Positions 12,442-23,716 of a stretch of DNA of 64,000 bases are shown here, piece by piece (position 1 is the stretch's first letter; each line of letters begins with the position of its first letter). The DNA lies in the NCBI RefSeq assembly GCF_058153355.1, contig NZ_CM177019.1; one strand, given 5' to 3'. Both the position numbers and the translations under genes were made by a program. The notes beneath the pieces are model-generated. The model saw only the letters and a list, made by a program, of their open reading frames with translations. It ran no database searches and was not told where the DNA came from.

Positions 12442-13234
12442 TGCTGTAGTCCTCTTCTTCATTTTTACTGGCAACGGGCTGCGGTTGCGCTTGCTGCCGG
12501 GATTTCGCATTGAAAAACTCATACACCGCAAAGCCTGCGCCCAGTACGGCAACCGGCAACAGGTTGCTGACCTGGATGTAGCAAACAAACAGGAAACCGG
12601 CGATCAGGTAAGGGATATATTGCGCTTTGAACATTACGCGCAGCAGCAAGCCAAAACCAACGGCAGGCAGAATACCGCCAGCCACTTCAAAGCCGTGGGT
12701 CAGCCAGGCGGGCATCGCTTTCACCAGCGCCTGCATCGCCCCTTGCGCCAGGTAAGTACAGAGGAAAGCAATCACCGCATACGCTGAAGCGACGATGAGC
12801 ATCGTTGTCCAGTTAAGTCGGGAAAACGCTGCCGTATCCGCATCTTTCGCGCATTTATCGGCTTTGGTCATAAATAATGAGAAAGCGGAATAGAAGAACA
12901 GAATGACGTACTGCATTAACAAACTAAACGGCAGGCCAAGACCAATTGCCGTTTTGGCATCAACGCCCGTAGACCATGCAATGACGGTGGTCATCAGACC
13001 CGCCATAATCGGGTTGGGCGGCTGAACACCACCTGCAGGGGTTAATCCGGCGAAAGCCAACTCTGTTAGGCCACCGGTAATTAAGCCAGTCTGAATATCA
13101 CCGAGAATAGCACCTGTAAGGGTACAAACGATTATCGGGCGGAATAAAAATAAGGCTTCCAGCCAAAAATCAATCCCCAGAACGAAAACTAACGCCGCCA
13201 GGGATAATCCCTGAATTAGGGTTATTTCATGCAT
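12431..13234 (-). CDS. agaC: PTS galactosamine EIIC AgaC
   Basis: 267 aa mannose-family IIC; 11 nt overlap with agaD. Confidence 0.9.
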   Translation of the reverse strand: MHEITLIQGLSLAALVFVLGIDFWLEALFLFRPIIVCTLTGAILGDIQTGLITGGLTELAFAGLTPAGGVQPPNPIMAGLMTTVIAWSTGVDAKTAIGLGLPFSLLMQYVILFFYSAFSLFMTKADKCAKDADTAAFSRLNWTTMLIVASAYAVIAFLCTYLAQGAMQALVKAMPAWLTHGFEVAGGILPAVGFGLLLRVMFKAQYIPYLIAGFLFVCYIQVSNLLPVAVLGAGFAVYEFFNAKSRQQAQPQPVASKNEEEDYSNGI

Positions 13235-13273
13235 TTTTATTACCTCAAACCAGTATTAAGGCGATTTTTGAAT

Positions 13274-13750
13274 TTAGTCAGGGATTTGTTCTTTTTGATC
13301 GCCGGGGACGTCCTGAATAAAAATATTCACACCGCGTTGTTTAATAAAGCGTAAGTCCGTGAGATCCTGGTCATCGACATAAACTTTACTGCTGATTTGC
13401 TTTTTCCCTTCCGAGAAATGCATATTGCCGACGTTGACATCTTTCAGGTCAATACCACCTTCTACCAATTTACGTACCGTTTGTGGTGTGCGGCAAATCA
13501 GGAAGATCTTCTGATGCGGTGCAGCTTTGCCGATGACGTTAATGGTTTTTTCGATAGTAAAGAAACGAATGCCAAAGCCGTAGGTTTCCGCGGTAATACC
13601 CATTAATTTCTGTTGAATATCATCGTTAGCGACAACATCATCCACGACTACCAGCAGATTTGCACCGATGGTAGATGTCTAGGTCACACCAACCTGACCG
13701 TGAACCAGACGGTTATCAATACGGGTTAAGAGAATATTTGGACTGCTCAT
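13274..13750 (-). pseudogene. agaB: PTS galactosamine EIIB AgaB interrupted by in-frame TAG at codon 24
   Basis: From ATG at 13750: MSSPNILLTRIDNRLVHGQVGVT-TAG-TSTIGANLLVVVDDVVANDD...; stop codon at 13681-13679; downstream 123-codon frame is intact. Confidence 0.7.
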
Positions 13751-13916
13751 TGTGTAATCCTCACCATAAAGTTGAATAATATAATTTTTTTAAATATATT
13801 ATTGTTGCGATATTTTACTGATGTATTTATTAAGTTTTAGTTATCTCCTTTACCATTAAGGCACTCCCCGATATTAATCGGGAAGTACATTGGGATAAAT
13901 CATAAAAAACTAATGA

Positions 13917-14789
<873 letters not shown>

Positions 14790-15944
14790 TTATGCCTGCC
14801 ACGGATGAATGATTACGCCTTGCACCACGCGGTTAACGGTGCCGCTGGCTGATGGGGTATCCGGCGTATTGCCCATGTGCAGCGACTGCATCAGTGCAAA
14901 CGTCTGGGCGTACATCAGGAAGCAAAATGCCTGCTCAACGTCGATAAAGTGACGTGACGGCGGCAGGATGATATGTGGACCGGCGGTAATAACGTCGTTG
15001 CCTTCCGCGGCGATGGCGATTACGCTCATTGCCTGGTTGTCACGGCGGAGTTCTGCCAGCAGATCAAGATCATACTGACGCGTATAGGGGTGGCTGGAGA
15101 CAAACACCACCACCAGCGTTTCGTCATCGACCAGTGATTTAGGCCCATGACGGAATCCGGTCGGGGAATCATAAAAGGCCGCCAGTTTACCCGCCGTTAG
15201 TTCAAGCACTTTCAGCGCCGACTCGCGTGCTGCACCCTGTAATCCACCACTGCCGAGATAAACGATCCGTTTCCATGGTGCGTAACCAAACACACCTTCG
15301 CTGAAATCGCCCAGTGAGGTCAGGATTGCCTGGCAACGATCCGCTACGTCGCGGAAGGTCTGGCTATTGATTGTCTCAGGTGCGAAAACCGCGAGGCAGC
15401 TGGCCATCATAGTGGTAATGCTACTTGTCATCGCAAAGCCGCGATCGTGCGTTTCTGCGGGCATCAGCAGGGCAAACGCGTTGTCGCTGTTGATCGCGTT
15501 TTGGTAAAGAGCGCCCGCTTCGTTGCAGGTGATCGGCAGGTGATAGCATTCCGGTACAAACTGATTCGCCAGTTCCACGGCGGCGACGCTTTCCGGGCTG
15601 TTGCCAGATCGACCGAAGGAGATCAACAGCAGTGGATGCGCTGGATTCAGGTAGTCCATTGGATTGGTGACCAGATCGGTGGTCGGTACGGCGCTGACGT
15701 TTTTGCCGGTATGGCTGGCAAGCCACGGCGCGATGATGTCACCGATAAATGCCGAGGTTCCGGCTCCGGTCAGGATGATCCGCAGATTCTCTTTGCGCAG
15801 TAACGGTTCAAGGAAGTTATTGAGCGCTGTACGTAACGCGTCGATGTTGGTGAGTGAACGGATCCATGCGCGAGGCTGATGGCGGATCTCTTCTTCAGTC
15901 CATGTGCCGGTGGTGGCGGCCGCTGGGGTGTAATTTTCTGGCAT
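14790..15944 (-). CDS. agaS: SIS-domain sugar isomerase/deaminase AgaS
   Basis: 384 aa tandem-SIS protein. Confidence 0.9.
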   Translation of the reverse strand: MPENYTPAAATTGTWTEEEIRHQPRAWIRSLTNIDALRTALNNFLEPLLRKENLRIILTGAGTSAFIGDIIAPWLASHTGKNVSAVPTTDLVTNPMDYLNPAHPLLLISFGRSGNSPESVAAVELANQFVPECYHLPITCNEAGALYQNAINSDNAFALLMPAETHDRGFAMTSSITTMMASCLAVFAPETINSQTFRDVADRCQAILTSLGDFSEGVFGYAPWKRIVYLGSGGLQGAARESALKVLELTAGKLAAFYDSPTGFRHGPKSLVDDETLVVVFVSSHPYTRQYDLDLLAELRRDNQAMSVIAIAAEGNDVITAGPHIILPPSRHFIDVEQAFCFLMYAQTFALMQSLHMGNTPDTPSASGTVNRVVQGVIIHPWQA

Positions 15945-15989
15945 AACTCAATCCTTAGTCTGATGAACTTGACTTCCGGCATTGCAGGC

Positions 15990-16110
15990 TTTGCTTGCCT
16001 TTCGTTTCATTTCACTTGGTGATTCGTTTCGTTGATTAAAATCTATAGAAAAGAAATCGAAAGTTAAATGGGGAAAAAAGAAATAAAACGAAATTTGTGA
16101 TCGTTGAAAG
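15990..16110 (-). promoter_or_regulatory. agaS promoter region with AgaR operator-like TTTCGTTTCATTTC motifs
   Basis: tttcgtttcatttcac (16003-16018), ttcgtttcgttg, and complement of gaaataaaacgaaa match the recalled AgaR operator consensus. Confidence 0.5.
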
Positions 16111-16294
16111 AAAAGACAAGGGAAGATTAAAGGATTGCGTGATGACGTCGCTATGTGTACCGATTGCTGGAAGCGGCGTACCGTAGAGCGGATAAGACGC
16201 GCCAGCGTCGCATTCGACACCACTGCACAGATTAAAACGAAAGAAAAAGAAAGGCCTTACGGGGGAAGTGAAGGCCCAATAAAGGAGCAAACCA

Positions 16295-17428
16295 TCAAAA
16301 CGAAGCTAATTGACCCTGAATCCAGATTTGTTGCACATGCAGTCCGCTATCCAGCGCAACGACGCTGGCGCGTTTGCCCGGTTTAAGTGATCCCAAAACA
16401 CCATCAACACCCAGCATTCGCGCCGGATGCAGCGACGCCATATGGATGGCTTCCGCTGGCGTTACGCCCGTCAGCTCGACCATATTGCGAACAGCCGCAT
16501 CAACAGACAGCGTACTGCCCGCCAGTCCACCGGACGCGGTACGGACAACGCCGTCGTGCATCTGCACCTCTTCACCACATAACGTATATTGACCATCCGG
16601 CATCCCGGCTGCCTGCATCGCGTCGGTGATCAGCACGATTCTCTCTTTCGCACAGCAACAACACAGCGACATCGCCGCCGGATGTACATGATGCCCATCG
16701 GCTATCAATTCCAGCCAGGCGCGCTTGTCCGTTAAACCCGCGCCAACCATTCCCGGTTCGCGGTGATGTAATCCTGTCATCCCGTTATAGCAATGCACCA
16801 GGCCGTCGGCACCAACATCAAATGCGGCGCGGGTTTGTTGCCAGGTTGCTGCGCTATGTCCCAGCATTACCCGCACGTTCTGCTGTTTAAGATGACGAAT
16901 GGCTTGTAACGCGCCCGTTTTTTCCGGTGCCAGCGCCACCACGCGCAAGGTATGCCGTGAAACAGCAATCAATTGATCCAGCTCGGCAATTTCCAGCTCG
17001 CGAAACAGCTCCGGCGGATGTGCGCCTTTATTCTGCGGCGTGAAGTACGGTCCTTCGAGATAACTCCCCAGCACTTGCGCACCAGGTCCACCGCGCTGGC
17101 AGCGTAGAGCAATACGTTCCAGCGCCGCATGAATGGTATTAAGCGGCGCGGTTACGGTAGTCGGCAACCAACTGCCGACACCTTCCCGTGCCTTGTGCAT
17201 TGCCAGCTTGTCGAGCACATCCGGCGCGTCATCCATAACATCAACGCCCGCACCACCGTGTACATGGGTATCGATATAAGCGGGGCAGAGCAGTTCCGCA
17301 TCGCGTTCAGCCACGCCCACTGGAATCGGTTCGATTGCTGCAATTACACCGTCAGCAATATGCAACTGATGATCATCAAGCCAGCCCTCCTCAGTCAGCA
17401 GCCTTCTGGCGCGCAGAACGTGTGTCAT
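16295..17428 (-). CDS. agaA: N-acetylgalactosamine-6-phosphate deacetylase AgaA (full length)
   Basis: ORF 16295-17449; start at MTHVLRARRLL; NagA-like amidohydrolase. Confidence 0.85.
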   Translation of the reverse strand: MTHVLRARRLLTEEGWLDDHQLHIADGVIAAIEPIPVGVAERDAELLCPAYIDTHVHGGAGVDVMDDAPDVLDKLAMHKAREGVGSWLPTTVTAPLNTIHAALERIALRCQRGGPGAQVLGSYLEGPYFTPQNKGAHPPELFRELEIAELDQLIAVSRHTLRVVALAPEKTGALQAIRHLKQQNVRVMLGHSAATWQQTRAAFDVGADGLVHCYNGMTGLHHREPGMVGAGLTDKRAWLELIADGHHVHPAAMSLCCCCAKERIVLITDAMQAAGMPDGQYTLCGEEVQMHDGVVRTASGGLAGSTLSVDAAVRNMVELTGVTPAEAIHMASLHPARMLGVDGVLGSLKPGKRASVVALDSGLHVQQIWIQGQLASF

Positions 17429-17859
17429 ATTCCTTCCTCGACCGGACATTCTTCATGGCAGCGGCCTAACTCGTCCACCAGACTGGTCAGCCCACGGTGT
17501 CCACACTCCAGCGCCTGTACACGGAATTCTTCACCGCTTAACCCTTCGCGCTCCAGCACCATTTCCAGTAACAGTTGCAAATTGGTGCCGGTGATCACTT
17601 CATAGCCCGGTTTTTGCATCGCCAGCGTTGAAGCCACGCGAAACGGTGTGCCGCCCAGCAAATCTGTCAGAAAAACAATGCCGTCTTCACAATCCAGTTT
17701 GGCAATGGCTTCTTCAAGCTGCGATGTAAGCAGCGCAGTGCTTGAGGTTTCCGGAAAATCAATGGCGATAAACTGCGACTGCTCGCCGAGGATTTGCTTC
17801 ATTGCTTTTTCCATGCCGCTGGCAAATCCGCCATGCCCTGTCAAAATAATACTTAACAT
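17425..17859 (-). CDS. agaF: PTS N-acetylgalactosamine EIIA AgaF
   Basis: 144 aa mannose-family IIA. Confidence 0.85.
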   Translation of the reverse strand: MLSIILTGHGGFASGMEKAMKQILGEQSQFIAIDFPETSSTALLTSQLEEAIAKLDCEDGIVFLTDLLGGTPFRVASTLAMQKPGYEVITGTNLQLLLEMVLEREGLSGEEFRVQALECGHRGLTSLVDELGRCHEECPVEEGI

Positions 17860-17876
17860 CTAATACCTCATTGTAT

Positions 17877-18761
17877 TTAAAGGAAATGACAGAATTTACC
17901 GACGATGCCAAGAACCACGGTAACCGCAATCAGGCGCAGCGGGCTCCAGCCGCGGCGTACCAGCCAGAACATGGTCAGGGTGTAGACCAGCGGTAAGAAG
18001 GCAGGCATCAGTTTGTCGATAACATCAGCCTGTAACTTAACCACTGCGTCGCCAGCGGTGATTTCCAGCGTGGTGCTTAAACGAACATAGGTTGCCACCA
18101 GCGCGCCGATTACCGTCATCCCAACGATTGACGCAGCATGGCCGACTTTTTTGGTATTCGCTTTAATGAGTGGAATCGCCGCCACGCCCATGCGGTAAGC
18201 ATAATGCGCCAGACCAAAACGCAGCCCCAGGTGTACCACGTTGAACAGCACAATAAAGACGACTGCGCCAAGAATAGAGCCTTGCAATGCCAGACTGGCA
18301 CCAATCCCGCCACAAATCGGCAGTAACGTTAGCCAGAACATGGCATCGCCAATCCCGCCGAGCGGCGCACCGACGGCAATTTTGGTGCTCTGAATACTGT
18401 TAACGTCCTGCTTAGAACGCTCCATCGCGAGGATAATGCCAATAACAAACGTCACCAGAAATGGATGGGTATTGAAGAAACCCATATGTCCCTTCATGGC
18501 GGGCGCCAGGTCGCGTTTATTAGTGTGGATCTTTTTCAGAGCAGGCAGCAGACCGTACAACCAGCCGGAAGCCTGCATACGCTCGTAGTTAAAAGAAGCT
18601 TGTAACAGCATGGAACGCCAGGCGACGCGGTTGATATCTTTTTTTGTTAGCTCCGCGCCAATGTTCTGATCTTCGTATACGTTTTCATTGACGCCTGTCA
18701 GTAGTGTCTCTTCATTTTCGCTGACGTTCGGCAGGGTGGTTTGATTAGATGCCATCTTCAA
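17877..18761 (-). CDS. agaE: PTS N-acetylgalactosamine EIID AgaE
   Basis: 294 aa mannose-family IID. Confidence 0.85.
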   Translation of the reverse strand: MKMASNQTTLPNVSENEETLLTGVNENVYEDQNIGAELTKKDINRVAWRSMLLQASFNYERMQASGWLYGLLPALKKIHTNKRDLAPAMKGHMGFFNTHPFLVTFVIGIILAMERSKQDVNSIQSTKIAVGAPLGGIGDAMFWLTLLPICGGIGASLALQGSILGAVVFIVLFNVVHLGLRFGLAHYAYRMGVAAIPLIKANTKKVGHAASIVGMTVIGALVATYVRLSTTLEITAGDAVVKLQADVIDKLMPAFLPLVYTLTMFWLVRRGWSPLRLIAVTVVLGIVGKFCHFL

Positions 18762-19524
18762 ATTCCTCTTTCTGTGCCGCAGGTTGAGTCGGTTCAGGAG
18801 ATTTACGCAGCAGGTCGATCAGCGCCATCGCCAGCGCGGCGGCAGCAATAGCCAGCACCGGTAACTTGAGCCAGGCTGCGGCAACGAAGCCCAGGATGAA
18901 GTAGGGGATATAGACGTTTTTCATCATGATTTTCAGCAGCACGGCAAAACCGATTGCTGGCATGATGCCGCCCGCGACGCCAAGGCCGTCGATTAACCGT
19001 TGCGGCAGGACATCAATGATGGTTTTTGCATGCTCCGCGCCGAAGTAGATAGGCAGGAAAGCGCAGAGAAAATAGAACGTGCCGAGTGCCAGCAATGCCA
19101 GATAGTTCACGCGTTCAATGCCGCGAGTATCGGCGTTCTCCGCCATCCGGTCGCAGCGGGACATCACGCCAGACATCACCGAGAACAGGAAGGTAATCCC
19201 CATCTGTACTGCGACAGCGAAAGGTACGGCGACACCGACCGCGACATCCGGTTTCACGCCAGTAGTAATGGCAAACGCCGTGCCGACGATAGTTCCGATA
19301 ATCACGTTAGGCGGCTGTGCGCCCGCCAGCGGTGCCAGCCCCATCCACACCAGTTCCAGCGTACCGCCGGTTAAAATACCGGTATGCAGATCGCCAAGCA
19401 CCAACCCAACTAACGGGCCGAGGACCACCGGGCGGTGCATATGGGTCAAGCCGTTAAACATATCCAGGCCAGCGATAAAGGCGATAATGCCCAACGCAAA
19501 TGCCTGCAACAGACTGATTTCCAT
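18745..19524 (-). CDS. agaW: PTS N-acetylgalactosamine EIIC AgaW (full length)
   Basis: 259 aa mannose-family IIC, not truncated. Confidence 0.85.
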   Translation of the reverse strand: MEISLLQAFALGIIAFIAGLDMFNGLTHMHRPVVLGPLVGLVLGDLHTGILTGGTLELVWMGLAPLAGAQPPNVIIGTIVGTAFAITTGVKPDVAVGVAVPFAVAVQMGITFLFSVMSGVMSRCDRMAENADTRGIERVNYLALLALGTFYFLCAFLPIYFGAEHAKTIIDVLPQRLIDGLGVAGGIMPAIGFAVLLKIMMKNVYIPYFILGFVAAAWLKLPVLAIAAAALAMALIDLLRKSPEPTQPAAQKEEFEDGI

Positions 19525-19534
19525 AATGAATCCC

Positions 19535-20008
19535 TCAAAGTAATTTAAAGAGGTCCACAGCAGGTTCTGTCGGAACGCCCTGAACGAAGCATTCCACCCC
19601 AGCGGCTTTCAGGTCGTTAAATGCCGCGATATCGCTCGCATCCACAGAAACCGTTTTGGCAATTTGCTGCTTGCCATTGGCATAGTGCATGTTGCCAACG
19701 TTAATGCGACTCACCGGGACACCACCTTTAACCAGCGTCAGGAAATCGGCAGGTGTTTTACAAACCAGCAGGATTTTCTGCCGATCGGCGGCGCGGTGGA
19801 TGTTGTCGATCACTTTTTGCAGCGTCCAGAAACGTACGGCGATCCCTTCTGCCAGTACCATTTCCATCAGGTTTTGTTGTACCGGATCTTCGGCAACCTC
19901 ATCATTGGCTACCAGCACCAGATTTGCCCCCGCAAATCCGACCCACTGAACGCCGACCTGACCGTGAATCAAACGCTCATCAATCCGGCTTAAAACAATA
20001 TTTGGCAT
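19535..20008 (-). CDS. agaV: PTS N-acetylgalactosamine EIIB AgaV
   Basis: ORF 19535-20044; start at MPNIVLSRIDERLIHGQVGV. Confidence 0.85.
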   Translation of the reverse strand: MPNIVLSRIDERLIHGQVGVQWVGFAGANLVLVANDEVAEDPVQQNLMEMVLAEGIAVRFWTLQKVIDNIHRAADRQKILLVCKTPADFLTLVKGGVPVSRINVGNMHYANGKQQIAKTVSVDASDIAAFNDLKAAGVECFVQGVPTEPAVDLFKLL

Positions 20009-20030
20009 AGCGTGTTCCTCTTTGTTTTGC

Positions 20031-21311
20031 TTATTGGCCTTCACAGGCTGTGTGGTACTGCGCCAGGATGTCCTGAATATGGTTGATAATGAGTTCCCGT
20101 GGTGTTGGCTGCAGCTCGCCGGAGCGAACTTTCACGTACTGCAGCGGCAAATACTGGCTGATGAGCGGTAGCGGAATTGGTGCATCCGCCAGATTACGAA
20201 CCAGATGAGCGAAAGCGTCATCAATCTGGCTGTCCGGCCAGTAATAGCGCACGCGATCCGAGTAGCTATAACCACGCGCCAGACGACGCGCGTTGCCGTC
20301 ACCGTGGTAGTGGCTTTGCCAGTATTCCGGGCGGTCGAGCATCACGTTTTCCAGCACCTGACGCAGACCGGAACAGGCTTTCGCTGGCACCAGTTCTTCT
20401 TCAATCGCCGCCAGAGAGAACAGAGCTTCACGCAGGGCGAAGGTCAGCGCCGGACCAACTTTCAGAATGGCAAAGTGGTCAATCACCAGCTGGCGCAGCG
20501 ATTGCGGCGTTTGGTAATCGGTAGAGTGCGCTTCGAAAATCAGCGTTTCGTAGTTTTCGACCATCTGGCTTAAGGCGGTCGCTTTAGCTGGCTGATAATC
20601 AATAACGTTGGTGTGATCGAATTCGACGCCGGGTTGTACCACCAGAGCAATGATGCGTGGCCAGATGGCATTCAGACCTTGCTTTTCAAAGGCGTGACGA
20701 TGGGCTTCCAGCGTGGCGCGGGCGGCATCCGGCGTGGTGACCGCCAGCTCGCTTAAGGTTTCATGCGCGCCGCCAGGTACCGGCACTTCGGTACCAATGA
20801 CATAGACCAGATCGGCTTCGCCAAAGTGTTCACGACAGGTTTCTTCCGCGACTTTAGCCAGTCGGGCGGCGCGTTCAGCCACGATGTCATCGGTTAAGGG
20901 AACCGGATCGTCCTGACAGGACATGCTGCAATCAAGGTGAATTTTTTTGAATCCTGCCGCCACGTAGCTTTTAATCAAATCATCGGCATTGGCCATCGCC
21001 TGAGCTGCAGGCAGGTTTTGCCAGCGGTTTGGCCCCAGATGATCACCACCCAAAATCAACGCATCCTGTGGGAAATTCAATGAGTCGGCGAGCTGACAAA
21101 CAAAGCCGCGAAAATCGGCGGGTGTCATTCCGGTATAACCGCCGAACTGGTCCACCTGATTGGATGTCGCTTCAATCAGTAACGGTGTTTGGTTTGCACT
21201 GGCGTAGCGGATTGCAGCTTCCAGCACCAGCGGGTGTGCGGAACAAACGGCATAAATCCCATTTGTTTTGCCCTTTTTGTGCTGCCTCACCATTTCTGTC
21301 AGATGTTTCAC
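20031..21311 (-). CDS. kbaZ: Tagatose-bisphosphate aldolase subunit KbaZ
   Basis: ORF 20031-21377; probable GTG start giving [15 protein letters not shown]..., ~426 aa. Confidence 0.85.
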   Translation of the reverse strand: MKHLTEMVRQHKKGKTNGIYAVCSAHPLVLEAAIRYASANQTPLLIEATSNQVDQFGGYTGMTPADFRGFVCQLADSLNFPQDALILGGDHLGPNRWQNLPAAQAMANADDLIKSYVAAGFKKIHLDCSMSCQDDPVPLTDDIVAERAARLAKVAEETCREHFGEADLVYVIGTEVPVPGGAHETLSELAVTTPDAARATLEAHRHAFEKQGLNAIWPRIIALVVQPGVEFDHTNVIDYQPAKATALSQMVENYETLIFEAHSTDYQTPQSLRQLVIDHFAILKVGPALTFALREALFSLAAIEEELVPAKACSGLRQVLENVMLDRPEYWQSHYHGDGNARRLARGYSYSDRVRYYWPDSQIDDAFAHLVRNLADAPIPLPLISQYLPLQYVKVRSGELQPTPRELIINHIQDILAQYHTACEGQ

Positions 21312-21559
21312 TTTCCTCTCCAGTTCAGATTGCTGCGATATTAATCTTTCGTTTTGTTTCAGTTGATACTGCGTCATGGTGAGATAAAAATAAAACGAAA
21401 GATAATAGTTTTCTGATCTGATTCACAAAAGAAACATAATGAAAGTCTCTAAAACGAGAGTAGCTTGCGGCTGGGGGCAATGTGGGCTTGCATTTGCTTA
21501 ATAGAAAGGCGTTAATAGGCAAAACGAAATGAAACGAAAGTTTTACGAAAGGACTTACT
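21312..21559. promoter_or_regulatory. Divergent kbaZ / agaR promoter region with AgaR operator-like repeats
   Basis: Complements of aaaataaaacgaaag and gcaaaacgaaatgaaacgaaag give TTTCGTTTYATTTY-type motifs. Confidence 0.6.
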
Positions 21560-22369
21560 ATGAGTAATACCGACGCTTCAGGCGAGAAGCGAGTGACAGG
21601 CACCAGCGAGCGACGAGAACAAATCATTCAGCGCCTGCGACAGCAAGGGAGTGTGCAGGTTAACGATCTGTCGGCATTGTATGGCGTATCTACTGTGACG
21701 ATCCGCAACGATCTGGCGTTTCTGGAAAAGCAGGGGATCGCTGTGCGGGCCTATGGCGGCGCGTTGATCTGCGATAGCACGACGCCGTCAGTCGAGCCAT
21801 CAGTGGAAGATAAAAGCGCGCTGAACACTGCGATGAAATGCAGCGTTGCGAAAGCTGCCGTTGAGTTGATTCAGCCAGGTCATCGGGTGATCCTCGATTC
21901 CGGGACCACCACGTTTGAGATTGCTCGTCTGATGCGCAAGCACACTGACGTAATTGCGATGACCAATGGTATGAACGTAGCCAATGCACTGCTGGAAGCA
22001 GAAGGCGTTGAACTTCTTATGACCGGCGGGCATCTGCGGCGTCAGTCGCAATCTTTTTACGGCGATCAGGCTGAACAATCGCTGCAAAATTACCACTTCG
22101 ATATGCTGTTTCTTGGTGTAGATGCGATCGATCTGGAGCGCGGTGTCAGCACGCATAATGAAGATGAAGCCCGTTTAAACCGTCGGATGTGCGAAGTTGC
22201 GGAACGGATCATCGTGGTCACCGATTCCAGTAAGTTCAACCGTTCCAGTTTACATAAGATCATTGATACTCAACGTATCGACATGATCATTGTTGATGAA
22301 GGCATTCCTGCGGATAGTCTGGAAGGACTGCGAAAGGCTGGGGTTGAAGTGATTCTGGTCGGGGAGTGA
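21560..22369 (+). CDS. agaR: DeoR-family repressor AgaR
   Basis: 269 aa, N-terminal HTH plus DeoR C-terminal sugar-binding domain. Confidence 0.9.
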   Translation: MSNTDASGEKRVTGTSERREQIIQRLRQQGSVQVNDLSALYGVSTVTIRNDLAFLEKQGIAVRAYGGALICDSTTPSVEPSVEDKSALNTAMKCSVAKAAVELIQPGHRVILDSGTTTFEIARLMRKHTDVIAMTNGMNVANALLEAEGVELLMTGGHLRRQSQSFYGDQAEQSLQNYHFDMLFLGVDAIDLERGVSTHNEDEARLNRRMCEVAERIIVVTDSSKFNRSSLHKIIDTQRIDMIIVDEGIPADSLEGLRKAGVEVILVGE

Positions 22370-22901
22370 GAAATGGTGCCCGTAGCTCAACACGGATGTG
22401 TTCGGCGGGCATTGTTCACTGTCCTTTTACAGCCTGTTTTCTGCTCAAATTAGAAGCTTCAGCAAAGGTAATGCAAATGCATTATTAACAGCAGAAAGCG
22501 CCAGAACCAACGAAAAAAGAGAGCATGTTTCCCATTTTGCGAGGCGCTTTCCAAATCACCCGCTCAGTCCCCTCGCGTTGCAGTGCTAAAAGCACTATTT
22601 TGCAAATTTGTGACCTTCTTCACTCTCCCAAAAGGCGGTGATCTCACGGTGGGGATCCACTTTCTGCTTTCGCTTTTCTGCCGTTAGCACTCGCTATTTC
22701 GGCATCTCTTCTTTTCACTTTTTCAGTTTGTCATTTTCATTTGCGGTCAACCGAAAGTTCTGGAGTCGATTTTTCCAGGTTTCAACGCCGTTGTCGCGTT
22801 CACAAATTCACTTCTTTTCTTCTGATGTAATGCATTCAAAAGAAAATGAAAGCTGCAAAATGCAAGAATGCAACTAAATACTTTTTCAGGGAGCGATAAA
22901 C

Positions 22902-23672
22902 ATGCTAGATAGCCTAAGACGCCGCGAACAAATCATTGATTTGTTATGTGCCCAGGGAAGCGTACGCGTTGAGCCGCTCAGCATCCATTTTGGTGTCTCA
23001 TCGGTCACGATCCGCAATGACTTACGGTATCTGGAGCAAAAAGGTTGCGTCATGCGTTCCTATGGCGGTGCCGTGTTGAATCAACACTTTGCGCTCGACA
23101 GACCCTTGCAGGATAAAGATCGCCTTAATCGTGATGTTAAAGTGCGAATTGCCGAAAAAGCGGCCAGTTTTGTCAAAGATGGCGATACATTAATTATCGA
23201 TTCTGGTTCAACGACCACGCTAATTCCCGCTTCGCTCAAAGGGCGTCGGGATTTAGTCGTCATGACGAATGCCTTGAATATCGCCTGGGAAATGGCCAGT
23301 TTTGAACGGGTGGATGTTATGATCCTTGGTGGAAATGTTCGCCAGAGCGTCTACTCCCTGTATGGGCCTTCGGCAGAACAACAACTCCGGCAGTATCGCT
23401 TTGATAAGCTGTTTCTGGGCGTGGACGGCTTTTGCCTTGAAGCAGGGATTACCACGCCACATCCGGGTGAGGCACATCTGAACCAGGTGATGTGCCAGGT
23501 TGCGCAGGAAATTACTGTTGTCGCGGACTCCAGTAAATTTGGCCGCAAAAGCTTCTGTATGATCGGTGAAGTGAGCGAGATAGATCGACTGATTACCGAT
23601 AGCGGTATTCCGGAGAATTACAAAGCAGCATTAACGCAAATGGGTGTGGAAGTTGTGATTGCTGATGAGTGA
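22902..23672 (+). CDS. DeoR-family transcriptional regulator, AgaR paralogue (accessory)
   Basis: 256 aa; N-terminus RREQIIDLLCAQGSVRVEPLSIHFGVSSVTIRNDLRYLEQKG parallels AgaR; good RBS (GGGAG). Confidence 0.85.
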   Translation: MLDSLRRREQIIDLLCAQGSVRVEPLSIHFGVSSVTIRNDLRYLEQKGCVMRSYGGAVLNQHFALDRPLQDKDRLNRDVKVRIAEKAASFVKDGDTLIIDSGSTTTLIPASLKGRRDLVVMTNALNIAWEMASFERVDVMILGGNVRQSVYSLYGPSAEQQLRQYRFDKLFLGVDGFCLEAGITTPHPGEAHLNQVMCQVAQEITVVADSSKFGRKSFCMIGEVSEIDRLITDSGIPENYKAALTQMGVEVVIADE

Positions 23673-23676
23673 GAAA

Positions 23677-23708
23677 ATGTGGCTGGAGATAAACGTCGCC
23701 AGCCACAT
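23677..23708. terminator. Hairpin between convergent DeoR regulator and ROK kinase genes
   Basis: tgtggctgg...ccagccaca inverted repeat. Confidence 0.4.
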
Positions 23709-23716
23709 TACGTTAT

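Noticed and set aside
22398-22877. Small ORFs (63 and 79 aa) in the agaR / island-regulator intergenic region
   Set aside because: Low-complexity S/F-rich translations overlapping the T-rich operator-like repeats; no RBS support.
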